Shown here: positions 1 to 9,285 of the stretch, one piece after another
How positions within the stretch are numbered: the stretch's first letter is position 1
How the letters are laid out: every line of letters begins with the position of its first letter
The notes under the pieces: model-generated
The model's input: only the letters and a program-made list of their open reading frames with translations
Database searches by the model: none
What the model was told of the DNA's origin: nothing
Position numbers and translations under genes: made by a program
Assembly (NCBI GenBank): GCA_033581555.1
Contig: JAVQSZ010000004.1
Coordinates: forward strand, 93,758 to 157,757
From: Nitrososphaerota archaeon
GTDB taxonomy: Archaea > Thermoproteota > Nitrososphaeria_A > Caldarchaeales > Calditenuaceae
Direction of reading: 5' to 3'
Length of the DNA stretch: 64,000 bases

Positions 1-918
1 ATCCCCGGAAGGCTCGGCGTCGGTCTCCCGAGGCTCGTCTTCGAGGAGGCCATCGAGGGCGGATGGGAGGCGACGCTCCCGCCGGACCCGGAGGAGGCGC
101 TCTCGATCAGGACCGAGACCGGGCTTCAGCCGCTCGCCTTTGAGGGCGATGTCGCGGAGTTCGTCAAGAGGCTCTGCGGAGGCGGCGTCGACTCCGTCAG
201 GGTCCAGAGAGCCGGCTGGCTCTTCAACTCGACCTACCTCGTCGAGGTCGAGCAGGGCGGCGACGTGAGGAGGCTCTTCGTGAAGAGGTACCTCGCGTGG
301 ACCGACGTCAAGTGGGTCGCAGCGAAGCTCTGGTCATTTCCGCTCAGGAACTTCCACCTCTCGCCGACCGTGAGGCTCAGCAACGAGCTCTTCTTCATCT
401 CGTACCTGAGGGAGAGGGGATTGAGGACGCCGCACGTCTACGGCGTGAGCTGGAGGAAGAGGGTCCTCCTCGAGGGTGCGATACAGGGGAGGTCGTTGAG
501 GGAGCTCTGGACCTCCGACGGCGTTGAGGATGACTCGCTCGGGGAGGCGACGGTCAATTCCGGTGAGGCCGTTGCGAGGGCCCACTCGATGGGCGTGACG
601 CTCGGCGACTGCAAGCCCGACAACGTGATCGTCGACCAGAGGGGACAGGTCTGGCTGGTGGACCTCGAGCAAGCGTCGCTGGGCGGTGACAAGGCCTGGG
701 ACGTGGCCGAGTTCGTCCTCTTCACCGCGAGGTACCTGGACCTGAGGAGGATCAGGGAGTTCGCGAGGCTCTTCGGGGAGGGCTACCTGAGGCACGGCAA
801 CCCCAGGGACGTCGAGAGGGCCCTGGACCCGAAGTACGTCCTGGTGATGGTCCCGGTCTCGCCGGTCTGGACTCAGGTCGCTGCGCTCGAGGGGCTAAGG
901 AGCGCCCTCCGCACGTGA
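1..918 (+). CDS. Protein-kinase-like (Kdo/Bud32/RIO-type) phosphotransferase, 5'-truncated by window edge
   Basis: Frame open from base 1; LFVK, GDCKPDN catalytic loop and VDLE motif. Confidence 0.7.
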   Translation: MPGRLGVGLPRLVFEEAIEGGWEATLPPDPEEALSIRTETGLQPLAFEGDVAEFVKRLCGGGVDSVRVQRAGWLFNSTYLVEVEQGGDVRRLFVKRYLAWTDVKWVAAKLWSFPLRNFHLSPTVRLSNELFFISYLRERGLRTPHVYGVSWRKRVLLEGAIQGRSLRELWTSDGVEDDSLGEATVNSGEAVARAHSMGVTLGDCKPDNVIVDQRGQVWLVDLEQASLGGDKAWDVAEFVLFTARYLDLRRIREFARLFGEGYLRHGNPRDVERALDPKYVLVMVPVSPVWTQVAALEGLRSALRT

Positions 919-1005
919 GGCCTCCGCGATCTTTGACCTTTAGATGCCCGGTGCGTCCACCGCTTCAACGGCTTTATCTATCAGCCCGGGGAGGCTTCGG
1001 CCGGA

Positions 1006-1173
1006 ATGGGGCTCAGGGACTTCGTCAGGTCGACGGTCGTCCTCTTCAGGGTCTCGAGGAAGCCCTCGAGGGAGGAGTACTTCGTCTTAGCGAGGATCGT
1101 CCTGATCGGGGTCGCGCTGCTCGGCCTGATCTCGATGGTCATCAGGTTCGTCTTCCTCGCGGTCCTGGGGTGA
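1006..1173 (+). CDS. secE: Protein translocase SecE/Sec61-gamma
   Basis: 55-aa ORF missing from the track: MGLRDFVRSTVVLFRVSRKPSREEYFVLARIVLIG..., with KPxxEEY motif plus one TM helix; directly upstream of spt5. Confidence 0.92.
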   Translation: MGLRDFVRSTVVLFRVSRKPSREEYFVLARIVLIGVALLGLISMVIRFVFLAVLG

Positions 1174-1179
1174 GGGGGC

Positions 1180-1617
1180 TTGGGTAAGCTCTACGCGGTC
1201 AGGACGACGGTCGGGCAGGAGAGGAACGTCGCCCAGCTGATCTGGGGGAGGATCGAGCCCGGGTCGAGGGACGTCCACGCGATCGTCACTCTCCCCAACC
1301 TGAAGGGCTTCGTCTTCGTCGAGGGCGCGGAGAGGGACAGGGTCGCGGTCCTGGTGAGGGAGCTGAGGCACGTGAAGTCGCGAGGGATCGTCCAGATATC
1401 GCACGAGGAGGTCCTCAGGCACATGGTCGAGAGACCGCTGATCGAGACGATATCGGAGGGGATGACTGTCGAGGTCGTCGCTGGTCCCTTCAAGGGGTTC
1501 ACGGGCAAGGTCACCAGGGTCGACAGGATCAGGAAGGAGGTAACGCTCGAGCTCCTCGAGAGCAGCTACCCGTTCCCGATCTCGATACCCGTTAACCAGG
1601 TCAAGCCCGCCCAGTAG
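1180..1617 (+). CDS. spt5: Transcription elongation factor Spt5/NusG
   Basis: YAVRTTVGQE, LKGFVFVE and KOW motif GMTVEVVAGPFKG. Confidence 0.95.
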   Translation: MGKLYAVRTTVGQERNVAQLIWGRIEPGSRDVHAIVTLPNLKGFVFVEGAERDRVAVLVRELRHVKSRGIVQISHEEVLRHMVERPLIETISEGMTVEVVAGPFKGFTGKVTRVDRIRKEVTLELLESSYPFPISIPVNQVKPAQ

Positions 1618-1628
1618 GTAGGTCCGCG

Positions 1629-2126
1629 ATGGGCTTCAGGGATCTCCTCTCGGAGGTCTCCCTGAACGGCCGCAAGGTCGTCCAGTTCGGCTTCGCCGGG
1701 GTCGCGGCCCAGAGCGACGTGGTCAGGGCGATCGGGAGCGATGGGGAGCTGCTGGTACTAGTGAACAGCGAGAGGCTCAGGTCGAAGGCCGAGGCTTCCC
1801 TCCACGGGACCGGGCTGAAGCACAGGGTCGTTTACTCTCCGGTGATCGAGCACAACCCGGAGCTCGCGCCTTCGAGCTTCGACGCAGCCCTCTTCTTGAA
1901 CGCGCTGGTCTCTGTGAGGGGGAAGAGGGAGCTGGTCAACGAGGCCTACAGGCTGCTCGGGCCGGGGTCGGGCGCGGTCGTTTACGAGTGCTACTGGCCG
2001 ACGGCCTTCGGGCTCAGACGGACGTTGAGGAGGGTGCTGACGGAGAGGCCGGTCTTCAGGGTGAAGAAGATGAGTGTGGGGCTCGACACGCTGACCGCGG
2101 TCCTCGAGAAGGCGAGAGGGCCTTGA
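1629..2126 (+). CDS. Divergent class I methyltransferase-like protein
   Basis: SFDAALF and AYRLLGPG resemble class I MTase motifs; motif I is degenerate. Confidence 0.45.
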   Translation: MGFRDLLSEVSLNGRKVVQFGFAGVAAQSDVVRAIGSDGELLVLVNSERLRSKAEASLHGTGLKHRVVYSPVIEHNPELAPSSFDAALFLNALVSVRGKRELVNEAYRLLGPGSGAVVYECYWPTAFGLRRTLRRVLTERPVFRVKKMSVGLDTLTAVLEKARGP

Positions 2127-2362
2127 CGCAGCTTGAGCTCCTCCTGTTGGGGTTCGCGCTCCTGCTGGCAGGGGCCTTCCTGCTCCTCCTCGCGCTTATC
2201 GGTCAGGCCAGAGCGCCCCGCGAAGGCGGGTCTGAGGGGTTCGGATTAGTGCTGATTGGCCCGATACCGATCGTCTTTAAGGGCAGGGTCACTCACGTTC
2301 TGCTGATTGCGGCCGTCGTGTTAGTCCTGGTCCTCCTGCTGGTGCTGGGTGTGCTGGGTTGA
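2123..2362 (+). CDS. DUF131/TIGR00304-like small membrane protein
   Basis: TTG start overlapping the previous stop; two TM helices around GLVLIGPIPIVF. Confidence 0.75.
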   Translation: MTQLELLLLGFALLLAGAFLLLLALIGQARAPREGGSEGFGLVLIGPIPIVFKGRVTHVLLIAAVVLVLVLLLVLGVLG

Positions 2363-2577
2363 GGGTCGTCGTTGTAGCTCTGCTCCTGATCGTCGTGGGG
2401 ATCGCGCTGATGCTGTTAGCGGCGTCGCAGACCGAGGGCGCGGAGTTCAGGGGCTTCGGGTTCATCCTGATAGGCCCGATCCCGGTGTTCGTCTCGGACG
2501 GCCAGGCAGTCCTCATGACGGCCCTAATCGCCCTGACGGTCTTCGTCGCGGTCCTGCTGAGAGCGCTCAGGCGGTAG
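2359..2577 (+). CDS. DUF131/TIGR00304-like small membrane protein (paralog)
   Basis: GFILIGPIPVFV motif, two TM helices. Confidence 0.75.
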   Translation: MRVVVVALLLIVVGIALMLLAASQTEGAEFRGFGFILIGPIPVFVSDGQAVLMTALIALTVFVAVLLRALRR

Positions 2578-2589
2578 AGGGGCCTCAGG

Positions 2590-3375
2590 TCACGCGCCCT
2601 TCAGGTACTTCTCCTCGATTCCCTTGTACCCGACCCTCTCGAGCTCCTCGGCGAGCTCGTAGCCTCCGCTGACGATGATCCTCCCGTCGTACATGATGTG
2701 GACGTAATCAGGCCTCAGGTAGTTCAGGATCCTCGCGTAGTGTGTGATGACCAAGACGCCGACGTTCTCCCGCTCGACCATGCCCTTCACCGCAGCCGCG
2801 ACGACCTTGACGCCGTCGATGTCGAGGCCTGAGTCGGTCTCGTCGAGGACCGCGATCTTCGGCTTAAGGGTCAGCATCTGCACGATCTCGGACCTCTTCT
2901 TCTCACCGCCGGAGAAGCCCTCGTTCAGGTACCTCCTCGTGAAGGACTCGTCGAACTGGAGCGCCCTGAAGTTCTCGACGAGCGTCTTGTGGAACTGGGA
3001 GGGCGAGACCTTCTTCCCCTCATCGCCGTAGATCGAGAGGTAGGCCTTCCTGAGGAAGTTCGCCGTCGTGAGCCCCGTAATCTCCTGCGGGTACTGGAAC
3101 GCGAGGAAGAGCCCCCTCTTCGCCCTCTGGTCAGGCGTCAGGTCGAGGATGCTCTCGCCGTCGAGCCTGATGTCGCCGCCCTCGACCGTGTACTTCGGGT
3201 GGCCCATGATCACGTAGGCGGTCGTGCTCTTCCCGGACCCGTTCGGTCCCATCAGCGCGTGTATCTCGCCCTGAGACACGGTCAGGTTCAGGCCCTTGAT
3301 GATCTGCTTCCCCTCCACTCCAGCGTACAGGTCGACGATCTCCAGCCTCAAGCCTCTTTGCCCGGAACTCCCCAC
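2590..3375 (-). CDS. sufC: Fe-S cluster assembly ATPase SufC
   Basis: GPNGSGKS, AFQYP, NEGFSGGEKKR, LDETDSGLDID. Confidence 0.95.
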   Translation of the reverse strand: MGSSGQRGLRLEIVDLYAGVEGKQIIKGLNLTVSQGEIHALMGPNGSGKSTTAYVIMGHPKYTVEGGDIRLDGESILDLTPDQRAKRGLFLAFQYPQEITGLTTANFLRKAYLSIYGDEGKKVSPSQFHKTLVENFRALQFDESFTRRYLNEGFSGGEKKRSEIVQMLTLKPKIAVLDETDSGLDIDGVKVVAAAVKGMVERENVGVLVITHYARILNYLRPDYVHIMYDGRIIVSGGYELAEELERVGYKGIEEKYLKGA

Positions 3376-3418
3376 AATATCTACCTCGGCGCTCCACCGG
3401 GCCAGGGCGCGAAGGCCC

Positions 3419-3577
3419 TCACTTGGTCCTCTCTTCCTCCCCCCAGAGCTCCCTCCTCAGGAGGTCCCTGACCGCGGCCCTGAGGAGCGCGGACCTGCTC
3501 GGGTAAACCCCCCTTCGTATCAGCTCGTCCATCCCCTCGACGAGGGCCTCCGGGAGCTTTACGCTGATGAGCTTCAT
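3419..3577 (-). CDS. Ribbon-helix-helix transcription regulator (CopG/CdrS-like)
   Basis: MKLISVKLPEALVEGMDELIRRGVYPSRSALLRAAVRDLL. Confidence 0.85.
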   Translation of the reverse strand: MKLISVKLPEALVEGMDELIRRGVYPSRSALLRAAVRDLLRRELWGEEERTK

Positions 3578-3710
3578 AGCCGGTATGACCGATCTCCTGC
3601 CACCCATTTGAGCTTTGCGCTGGATGACGGTCCAGAATGCGGGGCTCCGGAAGGGGTCGGGGAACGTTTTAAAGATGGGCGGGAGCTCTAGGGCCCGAGC
3701 AGGGAGCGCG

Positions 3711-4001
3711 ATGGACGTCAAGACCGAGCTGAGGGTTCTCAGGAGGACCGGGAAGGTCGTCTTCGGGTTCAGGCAGTCTTACCTGGCGTTGATGCGGGGC
3801 GAGGCGTCGGTCGTGCTGGTCTCCAGCGACTGCCCGGAGAGGTTCAGGAGGGAGCTGCAGGTGGCTGCCGCGATGAAGGGCGCGAAGGTCGTCGATGCCG
3901 GGGTCAGCTCCAGCGAGCTCTCGAGGCTCCTGGGGAAGCCCTTCCACGCGTCGACGGTCGCGGTGATCGACGCGGGCTCCAGCAACCTCGGCAAGGGGTG
4001 A
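3711..4001 (+). CDS. rpl30e: 50S ribosomal protein L30e
   Basis: TGKVVFGFRQS...LGKPF..S..AVIDAGSS; precedes nusA. Confidence 0.93.
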   Translation: MDVKTELRVLRRTGKVVFGFRQSYLALMRGEASVVLVSSDCPERFRRELQVAAAMKGAKVVDAGVSSSELSRLLGKPFHASTVAVIDAGSSNLGKG

Positions 4002-4447
4002 GCTCGGTGGCTGAAGGAGGGAAGGCATCGGTCAAGATCACGGAGAGCGAGCTCCGGTACATCTCGCTGTTCCAGGGCGTGACCGACGTCCAGCCGCTCG
4101 ACTGCGTCGTGATCGACGACATGGTGGTCTACGTCGTCAACGCGGGCGACGTCGGGAAGGCCGTGGGCAAGGGGGGGAACGTCGTTCAGGAGCTGAGGAA
4201 CCTCCAGAGGAAGCGGGTCAAGATCGTCGAGTTCTCGGACGACCCGAGGAGGTTCATCGCCAACGCCCTTCAGCCCGCGACGGTGACCGCGGTCGAGCTG
4301 GTCGAGAGGAACGGCCGGCTGCTCGCGATCGCGAAGGTCCCCGACGAGGAGAAGGGCAGAGCTATTGGGAAGGGAGGTGTGAACCTGAAGGCCGCGGCCG
4401 AGCTCGCCCGGAGGCACTTCGGCGTGGAGAGGATAGTCATCAGGTAG
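3998..4447 (+). CDS. nusA: Archaeal NusA (two KH domains)
   Basis: GKAVGKGG and AIGKGGVN KH motifs. Confidence 0.93.
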   Translation: MSSVAEGGKASVKITESELRYISLFQGVTDVQPLDCVVIDDMVVYVVNAGDVGKAVGKGGNVVQELRNLQRKRVKIVEFSDDPRRFIANALQPATVTAVELVERNGRLLAIAKVPDEEKGRAIGKGGVNLKAAAELARRHFGVERIVIR

Positions 4448-4450
4448 CGG

Positions 4451-5560
4451 ATGAAGCTCGTCGTCAGGACACCTATCGGACTCGAGTCGGTCGTCAAGTC
4501 CAAGATCGAGCTCTTGGACCCCAGCGCGCAGGTCGTCCAGGCGCCCTACGGGCTGAAGGGGCTCGTTGTGGTGGAGAGCTGCTCCGACCCGGACCGGCTG
4601 ATGAGGCTGATCGAAGAGGAGGTCCCCGAGGCCGAGAGGGTGATCAAGCCCGACGCCGTCGTCCGCACGGAGGTCGACCTGATCCTCGAGGCAGCCACCA
4701 GGGTCTCGAAGGAGAGGATCTCGCCCCACGAGAGCTTCGCGGTCAGGACGAGGAGGAGGGCCCACGGCGGCTTCACGAGCCTCGAGCTGAACGCGAGGGT
4801 CGGTGCCTCGGTCCATCAGGCGACCGGCGCAAGGGTCGACCTGGAGTACCCCGACAAGGTCGTCGCGATAGAGGTAGTGGGCGAGAGAACCGCGATCGCG
4901 GTCGTCGATGGGAGCTCAGAGTACAGGAAGATGACCCCAACGAAGCGGAGCTCGTGGAGGTTCTTCAACAGGGTCTCGGTCGTCCAGATGCCGTACCTCG
5001 GGACCGTCGAGGGCGCGAGGGAGGTCGGGAGGAGGGTCGGGAGGTTCGTCCAGGCCTTCGAGGTCGGTGAGCTGGTGGTCGCGCCGATCGGCGCGGTCGA
5101 CGCGAGGGAGCTCGCGGCCTTCCTCGAGGCGGTCTTCGAGGGCATCTCTTCGAGGCTCGAGGTGCAGAGGAGGAGCTACGGCAGGCCGGCGAGGGAGGTC
5201 AAGGTCCTAGTCCAGGACCTCTACCAGCTCGTCCTAGAGAGGCGCCACGAGCCGATCCTGGTCTTCGAGCCCGAGGGCAGGGAGATCTACAGCGCGCTTA
5301 CGGAGGTGGCTGAGGCCGTCGCGAGGGCCGAGAGGGTCAACGTCCTCCTGGGCTCGAGGGAGGGGATCCCGAAGGGCGTCTTCAGGATGGCGACCGCGGT
5401 CTTCGACCTCTGCCCTGACGTGACGCTGCCGACGGAGCTGGCCGCACCCGCGGCGCTAATCGCGCTTTACAACCTCCTCAAGCGCGAGGGCCTGGAGGTC
5501 GAGGACTCACCTGGTGGCGGCCCCGAGGAGGAAGGCGACCAAGGCGACGAACATCCATAG
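4451..5560 (+). CDS. THUMP-domain + SPOUT-like RNA methyltransferase
   Basis: THUMP (SFAVRTRRR, VDLEYPD) and C-terminal SPOUT-like LLGSREGIP...DLCP..TLPTE. Confidence 0.75.
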   Translation: MKLVVRTPIGLESVVKSKIELLDPSAQVVQAPYGLKGLVVVESCSDPDRLMRLIEEEVPEAERVIKPDAVVRTEVDLILEAATRVSKERISPHESFAVRTRRRAHGGFTSLELNARVGASVHQATGARVDLEYPDKVVAIEVVGERTAIAVVDGSSEYRKMTPTKRSSWRFFNRVSVVQMPYLGTVEGAREVGRRVGRFVQAFEVGELVVAPIGAVDARELAAFLEAVFEGISSRLEVQRRSYGRPAREVKVLVQDLYQLVLERRHEPILVFEPEGREIYSALTEVAEAVARAERVNVLLGSREGIPKGVFRMATAVFDLCPDVTLPTELAAPAALIALYNLLKREGLEVEDSPGGGPEEEGDQGDEHP

Positions 5561-6361
5561 CAGGTACTGGTTCTTCACGCTCCTCGAGACGTGGGGCGTC
5601 GGACCCGTGAGCAGGCGATACGAGGAGTAGGCGAAGCCTGCGTCCGCGAGCGCCACGACAGGCAAGTAGGCCCACCCGAGGATGCCCGTGAGGTAGGGCA
5701 GCGGGCTGAGCGCGACCGCGGTCATCACGGCGCTGGCGCCCAGCCTCGATGCGAAGACCGCTCCCCTCACCCTCGCAACCGTCCTGACGCCCCTCACCGA
5801 GTCTCCCTCGACGTCCGCTATCCCCTTGACCACCTCCCTCCCGAGGCTCGAGAGGAACGCGAGGGCCGCCAACGTCGCAGCCCCGAGGTCCGGTACCCCC
5901 ACGGCCACTGCAGACCCGAAGAGGAAGGGAGCCGCGACGGTCGCGCTGACCGCTGCGTTGCCGATCAGCCCTGTCTGTTTGAGGCTCACGTTGTAGAAGA
6001 GGGCCAGCGCGTACGAGAAGGCCGCGATCGCAAGGGGAACGATGCCGAGCGGGACCGAGGCCGCGAGGCCCATGACCCCGAGTGAGGTCGCGAGGACCTT
6101 CGCCTCGGCGGGACTCACCGCGCCTGAAGGTATCGGCCTCTCTGGGGCGTTGACCCTGTCGACCTCGACGTCGACCAGGTCGTTGACGACCATAGAGGAA
6201 CCGTTGAGGCAGTAGGCCGCGAGGAACGAGAGCGTCAGCGGCTGGAGTTCCGGAAGCCTCCCTGAGGAGACGAAGTGGCCCGCGAGGACCGCGACGAACA
6301 TCATCAGGCCGTTCGGAGGCCTCGTCAGCCTGATCAGCCCCGAGAGCCTGTCCAACTTCAA
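5507..6361 (-). CDS. Digeranylgeranylglyceryl phosphate synthase (UbiA family)
   Basis: NDLVDVEVDRVNAPERPIPSG and REVVKGIADVEGD. Confidence 0.9.
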   Translation of the reverse strand: MKLDRLSGLIRLTRPPNGLMMFVAVLAGHFVSSGRLPELQPLTLSFLAAYCLNGSSMVVNDLVDVEVDRVNAPERPIPSGAVSPAEAKVLATSLGVMGLAASVPLGIVPLAIAAFSYALALFYNVSLKQTGLIGNAAVSATVAAPFLFGSAVAVGVPDLGAATLAALAFLSSLGREVVKGIADVEGDSVRGVRTVARVRGAVFASRLGASAVMTAVALSPLPYLTGILGWAYLPVVALADAGFAYSSYRLLTGPTPHVSRSVKNQYLLWMFVALVAFLLGAATR

Positions 6362-6897
6362 CCACCGGCGACGTTGACCGGCGAGACCTCGGAGCAGGCG
6401 TAGTAGACGACCTCGCCTCGTCTATCGACGATCGCGAGCAGCAGCTGCTTCCCCACGTTCTTCGAGTGCCAGACCAGTTCGATCAGGTCCGAGACCTTGA
6501 CGGGGAAGCCCTCGAAGATCGGGAAGACGAAGTACTTCGCGCTGTCGGTCTTCCCCCTCTCGTAGACCATCAGGTAGAGGCTGGGGAACGGCCCGTGCCT
6601 GACGTGGTACCTCCTCCTCTTCAGGTCCCGATAGACGACGTAGTTGATCCAGAAGCCCCTCATCGAGCCCGAGAACCTCCTAACGAGGGACGTGAAGTCG
6701 AGGGCGTCGCCCACCTCGTCGAGGACGACCAGCTCGCCCTCCTCGGTCAGGTAGGCGGCCTCGTAGGGCGTGAGCTCGAGCTCCCCGGGCTCGACGAGCT
6801 CGCCGTATCCCCTGCTGTAGAGCCTATTGGCGGCCGCGCCCCTTACGACGACCCTCCCGTCGCCGACCAGCCTGCCCTCCGCGACTACCTCCATCAC
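6358..6897 (-). CDS. endA: tRNA-intron endonuclease subunit (probably structural beta subunit)
   Basis: EAAYL, VYRDLKRRRYHV, VYERG, LLAIVDRRGEVVYY; catalytic His not apparent. Confidence 0.85.
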   Translation of the reverse strand: MMEVVAEGRLVGDGRVVVRGAAANRLYSRGYGELVEPGELELTPYEAAYLTEEGELVVLDEVGDALDFTSLVRRFSGSMRGFWINYVVYRDLKRRRYHVRHGPFPSLYLMVYERGKTDSAKYFVFPIFEGFPVKVSDLIELVWHSKNVGKQLLLAIVDRRGEVVYYACSEVSPVNVAGG

Positions 6898-6989
6898 CGC
6901 ACCGTTCGGGCTCGACGCTTATTAGCGATGAGCGTCTCGCGCTTACGGGCCGCAGTTAATCCCCGGAATCCAAATATCCGGGCGCCCCC

Positions 6990-7775
6990 GTGCCATCGGA
7001 GGTGCAGAAGCCGAATAGGATCGCGCCGGCCCTCTTGGCGGCTGCGCTACTCCTGCTCTTATTGAACAGCCCTCCGCTAGGCAACGGCTCGAAGCAGCTC
7101 GTCGAGGTCTTCTACTTCGCGGAGTTCGGGACGGGTCAGCCCCTGCTCTATGAGGTCGAGGTCGTCGTCCTCCACTCGGTCGACTGGGGCTCCCCCAGGA
7201 AGGCCAGGCCGGGCGAGGCGGTCGTCTTCATCGCGGGCGATGTCAGGAGGGTCGGGCAGGACGGATCGGTCAGGCTCAAGGTCCCGAGGGGGAACCACAC
7301 GCTCTCGGTCTACTGGGCCGACGGAAGGCTCGCGCCCCTGAGGACGAAGGTCTCCGTCGACAAGGACCTCAGAGTGACTGTGACGTTCACCGAGGTCCGC
7401 CTCAAGCCGGCCGCGCTCTCGATGTCGCCCGACGTGACCAAGGGCGTGACCTCTCTGACCGTCGCGTTCGACCTCTTCAGGTTCGAGGACGTCTACTTCG
7501 CTCCCCCGATCGTGAGGTATTTCACCTCCACAGGCGAGTTGAGGGCCGTCCCGCCGGTCGTCAGGCCCGAGATGGTCTCCGCGCTTCCGTACTCGGTGAG
7601 GCCGAGCTCCCTGTTCGCGGGGCAGGTCGACGAGACCGCGCTCGAGGAGGGCGCGGCGCCTCTTCAGGCGTCGATCAGCGTCGAGCTCCCCGGGATAGCC
7701 GCGACGGTGTTGTCTGACAGTTACATCCCCATGCTCGTGATAGACTACTCGGTGCAAGAGGTTGAGCGCGACTGA
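6990..7775 (+). CDS. Hypothetical secreted beta-rich protein
   Basis: N-terminal hydrophobic signal; host-like codon pattern. Confidence 0.6.
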   Translation: MPSEVQKPNRIAPALLAAALLLLLLNSPPLGNGSKQLVEVFYFAEFGTGQPLLYEVEVVVLHSVDWGSPRKARPGEAVVFIAGDVRRVGQDGSVRLKVPRGNHTLSVYWADGRLAPLRTKVSVDKDLRVTVTFTEVRLKPAALSMSPDVTKGVTSLTVAFDLFRFEDVYFAPPIVRYFTSTGELRAVPPVVRPEMVSALPYSVRPSSLFAGQVDETALEEGAAPLQASISVELPGIAATVLSDSYIPMLVIDYSVQEVERD

Positions 7776-8253
7776 ACTGTTTTACAGCCCGGCCTTCTGG
7801 GTCGCGGTGAACGCCGCGATCGCCGCGGCCCTGCTTCACGTGGTCAGGAGGCTGAGGAGGAAGAGGGCCGTGGAGCTCACGCTCCGGGAGCGGTTCGGGG
7901 AGGTGAAGTCGCTCCTCAGGTCCGGAGGTTCCGGAAGGGAGTACGTCCTGGCGGTCTCGAGGGCGCTCCTCAGGGACCTAAGGGCCGAGGGCTTCAGCAT
8001 AAGGGGCTCGATGAGCTTCAGGGAGGTCGTCTCAGCTGTCCTCAGGTCGACGGGTTCCGGAGACCGGTTCGAGGAGATCGTCAGGTCCTTCGAGGACGCG
8101 AGGTACGGCGGGTCCGACCCCGACGAGCGGGAAGTCGAGGTCTTCAGGCGCAGGATGAGGGAGCTCATCGGCGTCCTAGAGGCCTCTCAACCAGCACCCG
8201 GTGAAGCTCGACGATCGCGCGGCGAGGGTCAGGACCGAGCGGCCCTCCGATGA
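7762..8253 (+). CDS. Membrane-anchored DUF4129-like protein
   Basis: N-terminal TM; SMSFRE and FEDARYG motifs. Confidence 0.6.
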   Translation: MSATELFYSPAFWVAVNAAIAAALLHVVRRLRRKRAVELTLRERFGEVKSLLRSGGSGREYVLAVSRALLRDLRAEGFSIRGSMSFREVVSAVLRSTGSGDRFEEIVRSFEDARYGGSDPDEREVEVFRRRMRELIGVLEASQPAPGEARRSRGEGQDRAALR

Positions 8254-9130
8254 TCAGGCCGTCGAGGTCTTCGAATGGCAGCCCCTCGATCGCTCTCCGG
8301 ACGTCCTTTGCGGTTCCCGCGAGGGCCATGGACGACGCCACGTCGTCCGGAAGCGACTCCCTCACCTCCTGCCACCTCCCGGCCTTCACGAGCTCCCTGA
8401 CGCGGGCGACCAGGTCCTCTTCGACGCCCAACCTCGCGGTGTAATCGGTCGGTGATCCTGTGAGCACCACCGCGACGTACGGCTTGACCGCAGCGAGAGC
8501 CTTCGCGCGGTCCTCGTGGACCGAGACCATCAGCCCGGCCTCGACCGCGACCGTCCTCCCGACCCTCCCGGCGGAGGACCTCACGAGCCTGACCGAATCC
8601 TCGAGGAAGGGGAGGTTAGTCGAGTTGATCAGGACGCCGTCGCCCTCCTCGCCCGCCAGCTCGAGCATCTTTGGGCCCTGCGCCGCGACGTAGATCCTGA
8701 CGTCCGAGGCGGGCCTGAAGTCGAGCCTCACCCCGTCGTCGAGACCCTCGCCGCTCAGCAGCGCCCTCACGGACCTCACGCATTCCCTAACCCTCTCGAC
8801 CGGCCTCTCCCTCCGGTAACCGAGCGCCTCGAGGGTCGTGGCGTCCCCGGCGCCGATCCCCAGGACCACCTTGCCCGACCCGACCTCGGTGAGCGTCGCC
8901 GCGACCTGAGCGATCACCGCGGGGTGGAAGACGAAGGGGTTGAGGACGCCGAGACCGACCTCGGCTCTCCTCAGCCTTGAGAGGAGGTGAGCAGCCGCGA
9001 CCACCGACGACCTGTTGAAGAAGTGCTCCGTTAGCCAGACCGCGTCGAACCCCAGCCTCTCGACCAACCCCGCCAGCAGCCCGATCTCCCAAGTCGGTTC
9101 CTTCGGCGATAGCTCGACCGAGAGCCTCAT
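8165..9130 (-). CDS. LLM-class F420-dependent reductase (Mer-like)
   Basis: GFDAVWLTEH, LGIGAGD, IYVAAQGPKML..AG...DGVLIN, GGPLGPD. Confidence 0.85.
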   Translation of the reverse strand: MRLSVELSPKEPTWEIGLLAGLVERLGFDAVWLTEHFFNRSSVVAAAHLLSRLRRAEVGLGVLNPFVFHPAVIAQVAATLTEVGSGKVVLGIGAGDATTLEALGYRRERPVERVRECVRSVRALLSGEGLDDGVRLDFRPASDVRIYVAAQGPKMLELAGEEGDGVLINSTNLPFLEDSVRLVRSSAGRVGRTVAVEAGLMVSVHEDRAKALAAVKPYVAVVLTGSPTDYTARLGVEEDLVARVRELVKAGRWQEVRESLPDDVASSMALAGTAKDVRRAIEGLPFEDLDGLIIGGPLGPDPRRAIVELHRVLVERPLGRR

Positions 9131-9285
9131 GACCTAGCGACTCGCCTCTGAGCTCCTCGTATCCCCGGCAGCGTAAAGACCTTCGGCCGACGATTCCGCC
9201 AGCGGTCCGCGGAGGCGACTTCCCTCGACGCGGGCCCGAGGCACCTCGCGATCCTCCTTTTTAGCGAGGGCGGAGGTCGCAGGCT

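Noticed and set aside
3779-4816. Long antisense and shifted-frame ORFs (here and throughout)
   Set aside because: Shadow ORFs of GC-rich coding DNA overlapping clearly identified genes
8165-9130. Mer-like gene as evidence of methanogenesis
   Set aside because: LLM F420 enzymes are widespread and no other C1 pathway genes are in the window
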